DNA from: Myxococcota bacterium | GTDB taxonomy: Bacteria > Myxococcota_A > UBA796 > CAJQPC01 | DNA length: 64,000 nucleotides | Direction: 5' to 3' | Assembly (NCBI GenBank): GCA_036229005.1 | Contig: JAZAMN010000008.1 | Location: 134,930 to 198,929, forward strand | In this document: piece by piece, positions 9,376 to 19,707 of the stretch | How positions within the stretch are numbered: position 1 is the first letter of the stretch | Layout of the letters: every line of letters begins with the position of its first letter | Position numbers and translations under genes: made by a program | Notes under the pieces: model-generated | What the model saw: the letters and a program-made list of their open reading frames with translations, nothing else | Database searches by the model: none | Told to the model about the DNA's origin: nothing

Positions 9376-10641
9376 TCAGCTCTGGTGGAGGACCTGGTCC
9401 AGGGCCTCGGTCATGGCGGTCGCGATCCGCTCCAGATCGGCGTCTTCCAGGGTCAAGGGGAGGAAGGCGGCCTCATACTGCGAGCAGGGCAGGTACACCC
9501 CCCGGTCCAGGCAGGCCCGGTGCCACTTGCCGAAGGCCTCCAGGTCGCACGAGGCCACCTGATCCACCCGCGTGGGGGCGCTGTCCCGGAAGAACACGGT
9601 GATCATGCTGCCTACCCGGCTCAGGGAGAGCCCGTAGCGGGCGATCGCGGGCTGCAGGCGGGCCTCCAGGCCAGCGCCGATCTCCTCCAGCCGCTCGTAG
9701 GTGCCGGGGGCCCGGAGCTGGGCCAGGGTGGCGCGTCCAGCCGCCACCGCCAGGGGGTTTCCGCTCAGGGTGCCGGCCTGGTAGATGCTGCCCACGGGGG
9801 AGAGCTGCTGCATCAGCTCGGCCTTGCCGCCGAAGGCCGCCAGGGGCAGGCCGCCGCCGATGATCTTGCCCATGCAGACCAGATCCGGGGTCACGCCGAA
9901 GCGCTCGCCGGCGCCGCCGTAGGCCAGGCGGAAGCCGGTCATCACCTCGTCGAAGATCAGGATCGTCCCGGTCTCGTTGCAGACTCGGCGCAGACCCTCC
10001 AGGTAGCCGGGCTCGGGGGGGATGCAGCCCATGTTGCCGGCCACGGGCTCCAGGATCACGGCGGCCACGGGCTGCCGGCGCAGGTGCGCTTCGACCGCGG
10101 CCAGGTCGTTGTAGGGCGCGGTGAGGGTGGCGGGCGCCAGGATGCCGGGGCTGGAGGGGCTGCCGAAGGTGGCCAGGCCGCTGCCAGCGGACACCAGCAC
10201 GCTGTCGTGGGCGCCGTGGTAGTTGCCGTCCAGCTTGACGATGGGCTCCCGGCCGGTGGCCCCGCGCGCCAGGCGGATGGCGTGCATGGTGGCCTCGGTG
10301 CCGGAGCTGACCATGCGGACCTGCTCGACGGCGGGCACGGCGTCGATGATCTCCTGGGCGAACTCGACCTCGGCGGCGGTGGGCGCGCCGTAGGAGGTCC
10401 CGAGCTCGAGCTGCGCGGCGATGGCGGCCTTCACGGCGGGGTGGCCGTGGCCCAGGATCATGGGGCCCCAGCTCCCGACCAGGTCGGTGTACTGCTTGCC
10501 CTCCACGTCCCAGAGGAAGTGGCCCTGGGCCTTCGCGATGAAGGGCGGGTCCCCGACCACGGCCTTGAAGGCCCGCACAGGGCTGTTCACGCCGCCGGGG
10601 ATGAGGGTCTTGGCGCGCTCGAAGATCTCGGTGTTCCGCAC
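9376..10641 (-). CDS. hemL: glutamate-1-semialdehyde 2,1-aminomutase
   Basis: PGGVNSPVRAF, SSGTEATM, FDEVMTGFR, GKIIGGGLP, YQAGTLSGNP; GTG start after AGGAGG. Confidence 0.97.
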   Translation of the reverse strand: MRNTEIFERAKTLIPGGVNSPVRAFKAVVGDPPFIAKAQGHFLWDVEGKQYTDLVGSWGPMILGHGHPAVKAAIAAQLELGTSYGAPTAAEVEFAQEIIDAVPAVEQVRMVSSGTEATMHAIRLARGATGREPIVKLDGNYHGAHDSVLVSAGSGLATFGSPSSPGILAPATLTAPYNDLAAVEAHLRRQPVAAVILEPVAGNMGCIPPEPGYLEGLRRVCNETGTILIFDEVMTGFRLAYGGAGERFGVTPDLVCMGKIIGGGLPLAAFGGKAELMQQLSPVGSIYQAGTLSGNPLAVAAGRATLAQLRAPGTYERLEEIGAGLEARLQPAIARYGLSLSRVGSMITVFFRDSAPTRVDQVASCDLEAFGKWHRACLDRGVYLPCSQYEAAFLPLTLEDADLERIATAMTEALDQVLHQS

Positions 10642-10667
10642 GGGGGGCCTCCTGACTGCCGCCGGGT

Positions 10668-12716
10668 CTAACCCCCCGGTGCAGGCGAGGACACGCTGGC
10701 GGCCTTGATCTGGGCATCCAGAGCCTGCAGGCGCGGGTCCTCCGGCCGCAGGGCCAGGTAGGGCGCGAGCACCTGGGCGGCCTGCCCGGGCGCTCCGGTG
10801 GCCAGCAGCGCGCGGACCTGGCCGTCCACATAGACCAGGTTGTCCGGGCGCGCGGCCCGCAGAGCGGCCAGAGGCTGGAGGGCGTCGGCGGGGCGGCCGA
10901 GCTGGGTGTAGGTCCACCACTGGCCCTCCAGGGCGGGCAGGTGGCCGGGGTAGCGGGCGAGCTCGGCGTCCAGCAGGGCCAGGGCGGCTTGGGGGTTGCC
11001 GCCGGCGGCGACGGCCTGGGACAGGCGGGTGCGCACCCCCACGGGCGGATCCCCGGCGGCGGCGGACTGCTCCAGGTAGGGCAGCGCGGCCGCGGTGTTC
11101 CCGTCCCGGGCCAGCATCAGGCCAAAGTAGCCGGCGACGCGGGCGTGCTCGGGGTCCTGGGCCAGGATCTGCTGGGCACGCACGGCAGCCCCGAGGCGGT
11201 CCCCGGCGGCGAGCAGGGCCTGGACCTGCAGCTCGCTGGCCAAGCGGTCGCTGGGGTCCAGGGCGGAGGCCTGCTCAGCCAGGGCCAAGGCCTGGGTGTG
11301 GTCGCCCATTCGGCCGTGGAGGCTGGCCAGGCGGGCGTGCAGCCGGGCGTCGGAGGGGTGGTGCTCGAGGGCGATCCAGCCGGCCTCCCGCGCGGCGGCG
11401 CTGCGTCCGGCGCGGGAGAGGGCGTCCATGAGGCGGGCGTGGCCCTCGCGCAGCTCCGGCCACTGGGTGGTGACGGTGGCCAGGGCCTCCAGCTCCGCGC
11501 CCAGATCGTCGGCCATGCGGGCGGCGCTGGCCTGCTCCAGCAGGGCCAGGGCCTCCAGGTCGATCGGCGCCAGGGTGTCCTCGCCGGGGCCAGGGGGGCT
11601 CAGGTAGCCGAGGGCCAGCAGCGCGGCCTGGGTGGTGGGGTCCACAGCCTGGGGATGGGGCGGATCCCCTCGCTCCCCAAGCAAGACCTGGAGCTCGGCC
11701 AGTCGGGTGGGGTCCTGCAGAGGGGCGCCGTCGGGGACCTGGGTCAGGGTCGGGGCGTCGAGCACGGAGAGCCAGGCGCTGTCGTGGACCAGGGCGCGGT
11801 GGGGCTCCCAGCCGTAGCGCCAGGTGAGCTGCCAGGACTGCAGGCGCAGGGGGCGGGGGTTGCCGGGCTGGGGGGCGCCGTCGAGTTCGGCGGGGATGGG
11901 GAGCTGCAGGGCGCTGAGCAGGGTGGGCATCAGGTCCGCGAGGCCGACGGGCTGGGAGACCACCTGCTGGGGGACGCCGGGGCCGGCCATGACCCAGGGG
12001 ACGCGCACCTGGGGGGGATCGACCAGCAGGCCGTGCTCCTGCTCCAGAGTGCCGTCGCCGAGGCCCTCGCCGTGGTCGCCGACGACGAGCCAGAGGGTGT
12101 CCGCGGGGCGCTCCCCGAGGCGCTGGACCAGGGCGGAAAGGGCGGCGTCCACCCGCTCAAGCTCGGCGTTGTAGCTGCCTTCGTAGGGGGCGTGGGGGTC
12201 GTAGAGGTGCACCCACAGGAACACGGGCTCGGGGTGCTCGTCCAGCAGGGCGAAGGCGGCGTCCAGGACCTGCGTGGCGCTGCGCTCCCGGCGCCAGGGG
12301 TTGTCGGCGGCCTGGGGTAGCTCGGCGTCCACGGCGGTGAAGCCCTGGTGCAGGCCGAACTGGGGGTGGGTGACGAAGGCGCCGATGGCGCTCAGGGGGG
12401 TCCAGCCGGCCTCGCCCAGGACCTCGCCCAGGGTGAGGACCTCGGGGGACAGGGGCGTGCCGTTGGCGTGGACGCCGTGGTGCTGGGGCTCCAGGCCGCT
12501 GAGGATGCTGGCGTGGGCCGGGCCGGTCAGGGGGGTGGGGCTCAGGGCGAGCTCGAAGCGGGTGCCGCGGTCGGCCAGCGCCTGCAGCGCGGGGGTGGGG
12601 ACGGGGCCGCCGTAGGGGCTCAGGCGATCCGCGCGGGTGGTGTCCCAGGTGACCAGGACCACGTCGGGCGTGGGGTCGCGCTGACAGGCCAGCGCGCTGA
12701 GCAGAAGCAGGCTCAC
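10668..12716 (-). CDS. sulfatase-like (AlkP superfamily) lipoprotein with C-terminal TPRs
   Basis: VTWDTTRAD, PLTGPAHASILSG, HLYDPHAPY, GDHGEGL; helical TPR tail. Confidence 0.85.
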   Translation of the reverse strand: MSLLLLSALACQRDPTPDVVLVTWDTTRADRLSPYGGPVPTPALQALADRGTRFELALSPTPLTGPAHASILSGLEPQHHGVHANGTPLSPEVLTLGEVLGEAGWTPLSAIGAFVTHPQFGLHQGFTAVDAELPQAADNPWRRERSATQVLDAAFALLDEHPEPVFLWVHLYDPHAPYEGSYNAELERVDAALSALVQRLGERPADTLWLVVGDHGEGLGDGTLEQEHGLLVDPPQVRVPWVMAGPGVPQQVVSQPVGLADLMPTLLSALQLPIPAELDGAPQPGNPRPLRLQSWQLTWRYGWEPHRALVHDSAWLSVLDAPTLTQVPDGAPLQDPTRLAELQVLLGERGDPPHPQAVDPTTQAALLALGYLSPPGPGEDTLAPIDLEALALLEQASAARMADDLGAELEALATVTTQWPELREGHARLMDALSRAGRSAAAREAGWIALEHHPSDARLHARLASLHGRMGDHTQALALAEQASALDPSDRLASELQVQALLAAGDRLGAAVRAQQILAQDPEHARVAGYFGLMLARDGNTAAALPYLEQSAAAGDPPVGVRTRLSQAVAAGGNPQAALALLDAELARYPGHLPALEGQWWTYTQLGRPADALQPLAALRAARPDNLVYVDGQVRALLATGAPGQAAQVLAPYLALRPEDPRLQALDAQIKAASVSSPAPGG

Positions 12717-13735
12717 AGTTGCTCCAGGCTGCGGAGGGGGCTCTCGTTCCAGGCGTCCCACTGGCGGGCCCACCGCTGGGCCTCTTTGGCGTCGCCCATC
12801 GCCACGGCTGCGTACCAGAGCGAGGCCACCAGCTCCGGGTGGGGGCCCTGGTGCTCGGGGGCGTGGGCGGCGTGGAAGGCCAGGGCCTCTCGGGGCGCGC
12901 CCAGATCCACCAGCACGCGCATGTGCACGGCCTGCAGGTCGGGGTGGTGCGCCACCATGCCCTGGGCCTGCTCCAGCAGGTGGGCGGCGCCCTGGGGCCA
13001 CCCGCTGCGGCGCAGGGACTCGGCGAGCAGGGCGCGGGCGCGGGGGTCCTGGGCGCGCTGGCGCAGGGCGCTTCGGGCGTGCTCGGCGGCGGCGGCGGGG
13101 TTGCCCAGGTCCAGCTCCAGGCGGGCCAGGGTGCGCTGGTTGGTGCGGTCCGCCTGGAGCTCGGGGGGGAGCGCGCGCAGCAGGGTGTCGCCGCGGTCGG
13201 TCTGTCCTCGCTCGAAGCAGAGGCGCGCCATGAGCAGGGGCAGCGTGGTGTTCAGCGGTGCATGGACCGCCATGTGGTCGTGCAGCGCAGCCGCCTCCTC
13301 CTCCCGGCCGGCCCGGGCCAGGTACCACCAGGTCACGGCGCTGCGGTCGGGATCGCCCTTGCGCGCCAGCGCGTCGCTCTCCAGCATCCAGTCGGCGGCC
13401 TGGGACCACTGGTGCCAGCTCGCGTGGCAGCGGGCCATGGACTCGGCGAAGGCGGCGTCGTAGAGCTGCGGGAGCTCGGCCAGGCCGGGGACCCCGTCGG
13501 CGCAGTGGCCGGTGGCGATGCGCGCCCGCAGGTACAGGCCCGGGGCGGCGGGGTGTGTGTCGAGCAGGGCGGGGAGCAGGGTCAGGGCCTTGGCGTGGCC
13601 GCCTCTGCGCATCAGGTGCTGGACGCGCTGCAGCTCGGAGGGGCGCTCGCTCGGGAGTCTTGGGGGCGCGGTGGCCCGCAGTCTGGGCGCGGGGGCTTGT
13701 CCCAGGGACAGGGTGGAGAGCAGCAGGAGCAGCAT
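12713..13735 (-). CDS. TPR-repeat protein, secreted
   Basis: Signal peptide; A/L-rich TPR-like helices. Confidence 0.7.
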   Translation of the reverse strand: MLLLLLSTLSLGQAPAPRLRATAPPRLPSERPSELQRVQHLMRRGGHAKALTLLPALLDTHPAAPGLYLRARIATGHCADGVPGLAELPQLYDAAFAESMARCHASWHQWSQAADWMLESDALARKGDPDRSAVTWWYLARAGREEEAAALHDHMAVHAPLNTTLPLLMARLCFERGQTDRGDTLLRALPPELQADRTNQRTLARLELDLGNPAAAAEHARSALRQRAQDPRARALLAESLRRSGWPQGAAHLLEQAQGMVAHHPDLQAVHMRVLVDLGAPREALAFHAAHAPEHQGPHPELVASLWYAAVAMGDAKEAQRWARQWDAWNESPLRSLEQL

Positions 13736-13818
13736 GGGGTTCAGGCTATCCCGCTGCTCTCCAGGTACGACCGCCGGTGCGCGAGTTGGCTCGCTGGCGA
13801 CCGGCGCCCGATCGAGGA

Positions 13819-14040
13819 CTACTCGACCAGGGGGTTGCCGTTGGCGTCCTTGAAGTCGCCCTTGATGATCTGGATGATGTCGATCAGCTGCCACACACCG
13901 CAGCCGCCGAAGGTGAGCAGCTGCAGGATGCCGGTGCCGATGTGCCCCGCGTAGATGCGGTGGATACCGGCGAAGCCGAACGCCAGGGGGGCGCCAGCCA
14001 GGATCAGGGCCATCTGCTTCTTCTTGCTCTCGTCGGACAT
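13819..14040 (-). CDS. TM2 domain protein
   Basis: GIHRIYAGHIGTGILQLLTFGGCGVWQLID signature. Confidence 0.9.
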   Translation of the reverse strand: MSDESKKKQMALILAGAPLAFGFAGIHRIYAGHIGTGILQLLTFGGCGVWQLIDIIQIIKGDFKDANGNPLVE

Positions 14041-14104
14041 TGGACTCTCCTGTCTCGGTTGCGCTCGACAACGCAGTCTGCACCCTTCCGCTTTCAGCTT
14101 GGGT

Positions 14105-14884
14105 TCATTTTTTTGTGGAGGGGGTGTTGTGCAGGTCCAGCCGCACGCGGAAGTCGATCTCGTCCCACAGCGGCCAGGGGTGTCGGGGGCGCACTCCGAG
14201 CGCGGTGCGCGCCGCGTGGGGGTCCCCGTTCCGGCGCATGCCCTCGGCCAGCAGGGCGCGGGCGGTGGGGTGCCGGGGGTGGCGGTTCAGGACGGCCTGG
14301 GCGTTGCGCTCCATGGCCAGGCGGTCGTCCAGGGCCAGGGCGATCTCGGCCTGCAGCAGGCGCACGCTCCAGTCCCGGCGCTGTCGGCGGGTCAGGCAGC
14401 GCAGCCAGTCCTGGGCGTCGTGGGGGCGGCCGTCCTCCAGGGCGATGCGGGCGCGGACCAGCAGGTAGCGGGGGTGCAGCGGATCCTGGCGCTCGATCCC
14501 GCGGGCGATGCGGGCGGCCTCCATCGGCTCGTCGGCGCGCCAGGTGTGGAGGAGCTGGTTTGCGCGGTGCTTGCGGGCCAGGTGCGGGTCCAGCTCGGCG
14601 TCCGCGGCGATCCCGGCCCAGAGCGCCGCGTGGGCGTCCAGTCCGCTCTGGGCGTAGCATTGGGACACCTGCTGGGCCTGCTCGGGGGTGGGCGGCCGGT
14701 CGATCCGGTCCGCGAGCATCCAGTCGGCGACCCAGCAGCGTCGGGCCCGCAGCGCCCGCTTGAGCTGCGTCTGCTCAGCCCTCTGCGCCCGCTCGGCCTC
14801 GGTCAAGCTGGCGGGCTCCGGGATCGCGTCCAGCTCCAGCGCGGCGGCTGGGGAGAGCAGCAAGGTGAGCAGCAGGCCGGTCAT
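14105..14884 (-). CDS. TPR-repeat protein, secreted
   Basis: Signal peptide; TPR-like motifs similar to 12713-13735. Confidence 0.7.
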   Translation of the reverse strand: MTGLLLTLLLSPAAALELDAIPEPASLTEAERAQRAEQTQLKRALRARRCWVADWMLADRIDRPPTPEQAQQVSQCYAQSGLDAHAALWAGIAADAELDPHLARKHRANQLLHTWRADEPMEAARIARGIERQDPLHPRYLLVRARIALEDGRPHDAQDWLRCLTRRQRRDWSVRLLQAEIALALDDRLAMERNAQAVLNRHPRHPTARALLAEGMRRNGDPHAARTALGVRPRHPWPLWDEIDFRVRLDLHNTPSTKK

Positions 14885-14939
14885 GGGCGTCCCTGGGGAC
14901 TCCAGTGTACGGCAGCATCGTCTCGCTATTTCGGGGCGA

Positions 14940-17036
14940 TCAAGCGTCGCTTCTGAGCAGCACCACCGCCGCTCCCGGGTCCAGGCGCCAGCCCTGCTCG
15001 TGCCGCTGGATCAGCTCCTTGAGCCCCAGCTTGCGCAGCCCGGACAGAGCCACCGCCAGCCGGTTCTTGGCCGCGCTGTACTGGATGCGCTCGCCGGGCC
15101 AGCCCGCTTCGATCAGGTCCTCGGCCTCCCGCACCATGTGGGGCCCCTGCTCGGCGGCTTGGGCCAGGGAGGTGAGGATCCGGGCGTGCGCAGCTTTGGG
15201 GAGCACCTCCTGGCGGGCTTGGCCCGGGAGCTGGATCCAGGCCCCCCCGGCGCCAACGAGGACACACTGGCCCGACCCCAGGGCGCGCCGCTCCAGCAGA
15301 CGGAGCAGCAGGCGGGCGTCGTCGCTGCGGTCCGCGAGCTGCTCGATCAGCACGAGCCGGCGCCCCAGAGCGCTGGGCAGGTCGCCAGCCTCCCACTCCA
15401 GCACGGCGCGCCAGCCAGCCACGAGCTGGGCGGCCAGGGGGTCGCCGGCGGGCAAGGCGGCCTCGGCGCGGTCGTGGTGGGCGCGGGCGGCCTCCAGGTC
15501 GGCGCGCAGGGCGGCCACGGCGCTGCGGCGGGCGTGGCAGAGGGCGGCGGAGCCCGGGTCGCTGTCCCCCAGCAGGCGCAGGGCCTGCCGGTAGCGCTGG
15601 TCGGCGGCCTCCAGGTGGTCTTCGAGCAGCTCGGCGGCGCCCTGGTTGACCCGGGTGATGGCCAGGTAGCGGCGGTCCGGGGCGCGGGTCAGGCAGGCCA
15701 CGGCGCGCTGGAAGGCGGCGCGGGCTTCGGGCACGCGGTCCAGCTCCAGCAGCAGGGCGCCCTGGTTGGAGTGCAGGATCCCGCGCACGCGGTCGTCCCC
15801 CAGGCGCAGGGTCTGGGCCTGGGCCTGCTGGTAGCCGGCCAGGGCGGCCTCGTGTCGGCCCAGGTCGTGGTCCAGGGCGGCCAGGTTCGCCAGGCACAGC
15901 GAGCGGGCGCGGCGCAGATCCAGGGCCTCCAGCTCGCTCAGGGCCTGCTGGTAGGCGGCGTGCGCGGGCTCGGAGTCCCGCAGGCGGTGGTGAGCCAGCG
16001 CCAGCTCCAGGCGGGCGATGGCGGCGTCGTGGGGCTCGGCGTTGGGCCCGTTGAGCGCCTGGGCCAGGGTGTCCGCGGCGGCGCGTCGGTCCCCCAGGCT
16101 CTGGTGGGCGCGGGCCGCGCAGCGGGCGCTCAAGACCGGCTGCAGAGGCGCGCTCTGCAGGCGCTCCAGCAGCCCCTGGGGGTCCTCTCCCGAGAGGCTC
16201 CAGGCCAGGAACTGCCAAGGTTGATCCGTGGTGATCTCCGGCCACAGTCCACAGCGGAACCACTGCTTGGAGCCGCCCTGGCTGTCCCAGCGGGCGATGC
16301 GCGCCTGGGCCTCGCTGCGCAGCCAGTCCAGGTAGGGGGCGCGGTCGGCGGCCTGCCAGTGCCGCAGGACCTCGGCGATCGCGGGCATCACCCGCAGCTC
16401 CCCGGGAGACTCCACGCGGGCCCAGCCGGTGGCCAACAGGCCGCCCAGGGCGGGGCCGTGGCCGCAGTGGTCCAGGCCGGCGCGCTGGGCGGGGCCGGGC
16501 AGGTGGCAGAGCAGGGAGAGCGCGGTGCGCTCGGCGTCGGTGAGGGCGCCCCAGGCCTCCCGCAGTCCGGGCCACTCGGGAATGGGGTCGGCCAGGATGG
16601 CCTCGATGCGGTGCTCGGGCCAGCGGCGGGCCGCCGCGACCAGGGCCGTGGGGTGGCCGTCCAGGCGGCGGAGCAGGGCGCGCAGGGCGGCGCTGTCCTG
16701 GAGGCCGGGGGTGAGCTGCAGGAAGAGCGCCAGGGCCGCGTCGCGCTCCAGAGGGGCGAGCTCCAGCACCTTCCAGCCCGGGCCGGGGCGGGGGCCGGCG
16801 GCGATCACGGGGTGCTTGAAGGCCGCGCTCGCCAGGCCCGCGGGCGCGTCGTCCACGCACACCAGGTTGTCGGTGGGCACGGCGTCCAGCCAGTCTTGGG
16901 GCCCGTCCAGCCAGAGCACCCCGCCGGGCCAGCGCTCGGCGGCCTGGCGCATCGCGTGGGTGCGGCCGCTGCCGGGCGCGCCCTTGAGCCACACGCCCAG
17001 GCCCTGGTGGAGGGCCGCCAGGATGTCCTCGGTCAC
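14940..17036 (-). CDS. STAND-like ATPase-TPR-winged-helix regulator
   Basis: Walker A GAPGSGRT, LDGHPTAL, TPRs, C-terminal LIEAGWPGERI..AAKNRL..ALSGLRKLGL. Confidence 0.75.
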   Translation of the reverse strand: MTEDILAALHQGLGVWLKGAPGSGRTHAMRQAAERWPGGVLWLDGPQDWLDAVPTDNLVCVDDAPAGLASAAFKHPVIAAGPRPGPGWKVLELAPLERDAALALFLQLTPGLQDSAALRALLRRLDGHPTALVAAARRWPEHRIEAILADPIPEWPGLREAWGALTDAERTALSLLCHLPGPAQRAGLDHCGHGPALGGLLATGWARVESPGELRVMPAIAEVLRHWQAADRAPYLDWLRSEAQARIARWDSQGGSKQWFRCGLWPEITTDQPWQFLAWSLSGEDPQGLLERLQSAPLQPVLSARCAARAHQSLGDRRAAADTLAQALNGPNAEPHDAAIARLELALAHHRLRDSEPAHAAYQQALSELEALDLRRARSLCLANLAALDHDLGRHEAALAGYQQAQAQTLRLGDDRVRGILHSNQGALLLELDRVPEARAAFQRAVACLTRAPDRRYLAITRVNQGAAELLEDHLEAADQRYRQALRLLGDSDPGSAALCHARRSAVAALRADLEAARAHHDRAEAALPAGDPLAAQLVAGWRAVLEWEAGDLPSALGRRLVLIEQLADRSDDARLLLRLLERRALGSGQCVLVGAGGAWIQLPGQARQEVLPKAAHARILTSLAQAAEQGPHMVREAEDLIEAGWPGERIQYSAAKNRLAVALSGLRKLGLKELIQRHEQGWRLDPGAAVVLLRSDA

Positions 17037-17521
17037 GGCAGGCGCGTCATGGTGAAGGCGCGGTCGGGGTCGTCCAGGGGTTGGACCTGGATCTGCTGAG
17101 GGCCCCCGTCAAAGGGATCGATGGGCTCCACCTGCCTGAACTGCACCCCGTCGCACCAGGTGCCCGAGAGCTCCCCGTCGTGCAGGATGGCCCCGCTGCG
17201 GCAGCCATCGGGGGCCGCGTCGTAGAGCCCGCCGTCCTCGAAGGGGGTCAGGGTGCCCTGCATCAGCGTGTCCTCGCTGGTGAGCTCGAAGTCCTGCCCG
17301 TTGAGGGACAGGGTCCAGGTTCCGTCGGTGCTGGTCATGGTGTCGCTCTGGATCCAGGTCGACTCCTCCACCTGCTCCCCCTGCCCACACAGGTAGCCCT
17401 GGCCGGAGGGGAGCAAGCCGATCACGCCCCAGTCGGGGAGCTCGGCCCACCCCGACCCATCCTGGGCGCACGCGGACAGAAGGAGCATCAGGGCGACGGC
17501 GAGGACAGGCTTGCGCTTCAT
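17033..17521 (-). CDS. hypothetical lipoprotein
   Basis: MKRKPVLAVALMLLLSAC lipobox. Confidence 0.7.
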   Translation of the reverse strand: MKRKPVLAVALMLLLSACAQDGSGWAELPDWGVIGLLPSGQGYLCGQGEQVEESTWIQSDTMTSTDGTWTLSLNGQDFELTSEDTLMQGTLTPFEDGGLYDAAPDGCRSGAILHDGELSGTWCDGVQFRQVEPIDPFDGGPQQIQVQPLDDPDRAFTMTRLP

Positions 17522-17563
17522 GACGCAGACTCTAGCCCCTGGCCGCCGCCCTTGCATGGAGGG

Positions 17564-19633
17564 TCAGTCGGCCCCGACGACGATGAGGGTGGCGACGGCC
17601 TCCGAGAAGTCCCGGGGAGCGGGCCAGTCGACCAGGGTCTCGTCGCTGTCGCTGTAGTAGTTGTAGGGGGTGAAGTAGTAGGTGCCGGGCTCGGAGGGGG
17701 CGTAGATGGCGAAGGACTCGCTGCCGGAGTGGGTGTTGGAGCCGGTCAGGGTGTCGATGTACTGGTAGTCGAAGTAGTCCTCACCGCCGGCGGGGCTGTG
17801 GGCCATCATGTAGACCTGCCAGTAGCAGCTCCCGCTGCAGGCCCCCATGTTGAAGTCCCAGTCGTAGTTGAGGGTCAGGGGGGTGTTGGGGACGGTGACG
17901 GCGATGTAGTGGCCGTTCTCGGCCCAGTGGGCGCCGCTGATCTGGAAGCTCCCGTTGTCACGCTCGTAGAGGTAGTCGCCGGCCTCGCGGCAGCCGTTCT
18001 CCAGGGGCACGGCGGGGTCGCTGCCCAGGTAGACCTCCAGGCTGTCGTCGATGCAGTCGCTGTCGCTGTCGGCGCTGTTGGGGTCGCTGCCCCAGGTGTG
18101 CACCTCCTCGCCGTCGGGGATGCCGTCGAGGTCGCTGTCGACGCTCAGGGGGTCGGACTTGGTCTGGTTGACCTCCTCGCCGTCCAGCAGCCCGTCGCCG
18201 TCGCTGTCGGCCACCAACAGGTCGGTGCCGTAGGCCTTCTCCTGGCGGCGCCCCAGGCCGTCGCCGTCCTCGTCCTCCACGTAGATGAGCTGCAGCACGT
18301 CGCCGGACTTGAGCTCCAGCTTGCCGAAGTCGTAGTCGGCGGAGTCGGGGTTGTAGACGTCCACGGTCTGCACCAGGCCGTCGGTGGAGATGTGGACGGT
18401 GGTCCAGTAGCCGTTCTTCTCGGGGTTGTTGGCGACGTCGCGGACGCTGAGCAGCTCGCGGTTCTCGTCCATCTCGTAGGGCAGGTCCAGGATCTCCGTC
18501 ATCGCGTCCCAGGCGGTGATGCGCAGGTTCTCGGAGTCGATGTTGGTGGCCACCTGGTAGCGCTCGGAGTCGAGCAGGGTGTCCTCGCCCTCGTAGTCGA
18601 CGATGATCGTGGCGGTGCGGGCCATGATGTCGGTCTGGTTGTGGGTGAAGCTGCGGCCGTCCACGTCGGTCAGCTCGTAGGCGACCACGCGCAGGTGCAG
18701 GTTGGTGGAGTCCTCCAGCAGGGCCTGGGCGGTGCCGGTGTCCAGGCCGTCATTGAGGAAGACCATGGGGCCGTTGACCTGCCCGGGGCCGTAGCTGAAC
18801 TCGGGGAAGGCGTTGAACTCGGTGTCGAAGTTCAGGTTGGCGACGGGGCTGAGCACCTGCTCGCGCCCGGGGGTGGACATGTAGGCGGAGAGCACCAGGT
18901 TGGAGAGGGTGTAGGCGATGTCGCCGGTGTTCTGGACGTCCACGGTGACGGCGATCACGCCGCCGCTGACGCTGGTGCCCTCGGACTGGGCCAGGGCCTC
19001 GGCCTCGGCGAAGCCCTCGCTGTTCTCCTGGGACTGCTCGGAGGACCAGGTGAAGCTGGTCTCGTTGGTGGTCGCCAGGGAGCTCTCGAAGCTGACGGTG
19101 GCCTCGACGCTGCCGGAGAAGCCGCCGGGGAAGCCGGCCGAGGCGCTGGTGGTGACCGACGCGCCGGTGGTCACGGCGAACTCGACGGAGTGGCTGTTGG
19201 TGGACTCCTTGCCGGTGGTCACGGTGTTGGAGGACTCGGTGCTGCGGGTGACCTCGACCACCTCTTCGGTGCCGGTGCTGGACTCGTAGAGCAGGGCCAG
19301 CGAGGGCGGGCTGGTGATGTCCACCTCGATGCGCGGGGTGTCCGCGATGCGGGGGTTGAACTTGAAGTTGTTGTTCTCGGGGGAGAAGCCCAGCTCGACC
19401 ACCTCGCGGAAGTCGGAGAAGCCGTCGCCGTCGGTGTCGGCCAGGTGCAGGGCGGTGCCCAGCTCCAGCTCCTCGCAGTCGTCCAGGCCGTCGCCGTCGG
19501 TGTCGGTGCCGAACACGCAGCCGCCGGTGTCCTGGGGGCTGGTGTCCTCGACTACGGGCTCCGGCTCCACCTTGCAGGCGGTCAGGGCCAGGGCGCTCAG
19601 GGTGGTGAGGATGAGATTGCGGGCTGAAATCAT
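17564..19633 (-). CDS. lipoprotein with binary-toxin-B/anthrax-PA-like domain and DxDxDG Ca-binding repeats
   Basis: LTAC lipobox; DTDGDGLDD.E, FSDFREV, NPRIADTPRIEVDI, S/T-rich alternating hairpin, VDVQNTG; GGAGG RBS. Confidence 0.7.
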   Translation of the reverse strand: MISARNLILTTLSALALTACKVEPEPVVEDTSPQDTGGCVFGTDTDGDGLDDCEELELGTALHLADTDGDGFSDFREVVELGFSPENNNFKFNPRIADTPRIEVDITSPPSLALLYESSTGTEEVVEVTRSTESSNTVTTGKESTNSHSVEFAVTTGASVTTSASAGFPGGFSGSVEATVSFESSLATTNETSFTWSSEQSQENSEGFAEAEALAQSEGTSVSGGVIAVTVDVQNTGDIAYTLSNLVLSAYMSTPGREQVLSPVANLNFDTEFNAFPEFSYGPGQVNGPMVFLNDGLDTGTAQALLEDSTNLHLRVVAYELTDVDGRSFTHNQTDIMARTATIIVDYEGEDTLLDSERYQVATNIDSENLRITAWDAMTEILDLPYEMDENRELLSVRDVANNPEKNGYWTTVHISTDGLVQTVDVYNPDSADYDFGKLELKSGDVLQLIYVEDEDGDGLGRRQEKAYGTDLLVADSDGDGLLDGEEVNQTKSDPLSVDSDLDGIPDGEEVHTWGSDPNSADSDSDCIDDSLEVYLGSDPAVPLENGCREAGDYLYERDNGSFQISGAHWAENGHYIAVTVPNTPLTLNYDWDFNMGACSGSCYWQVYMMAHSPAGGEDYFDYQYIDTLTGSNTHSGSESFAIYAPSEPGTYYFTPYNYYSDSDETLVDWPAPRDFSEAVATLIVVGAD

Positions 19634-19707
19634 GCTTGCCTCCTCCGCGGACTCAGCGGGTGAAGTCAAGCTATGGAGGGGCCCTTGGGACCGCGCCTTA
19701 AAGGCCC

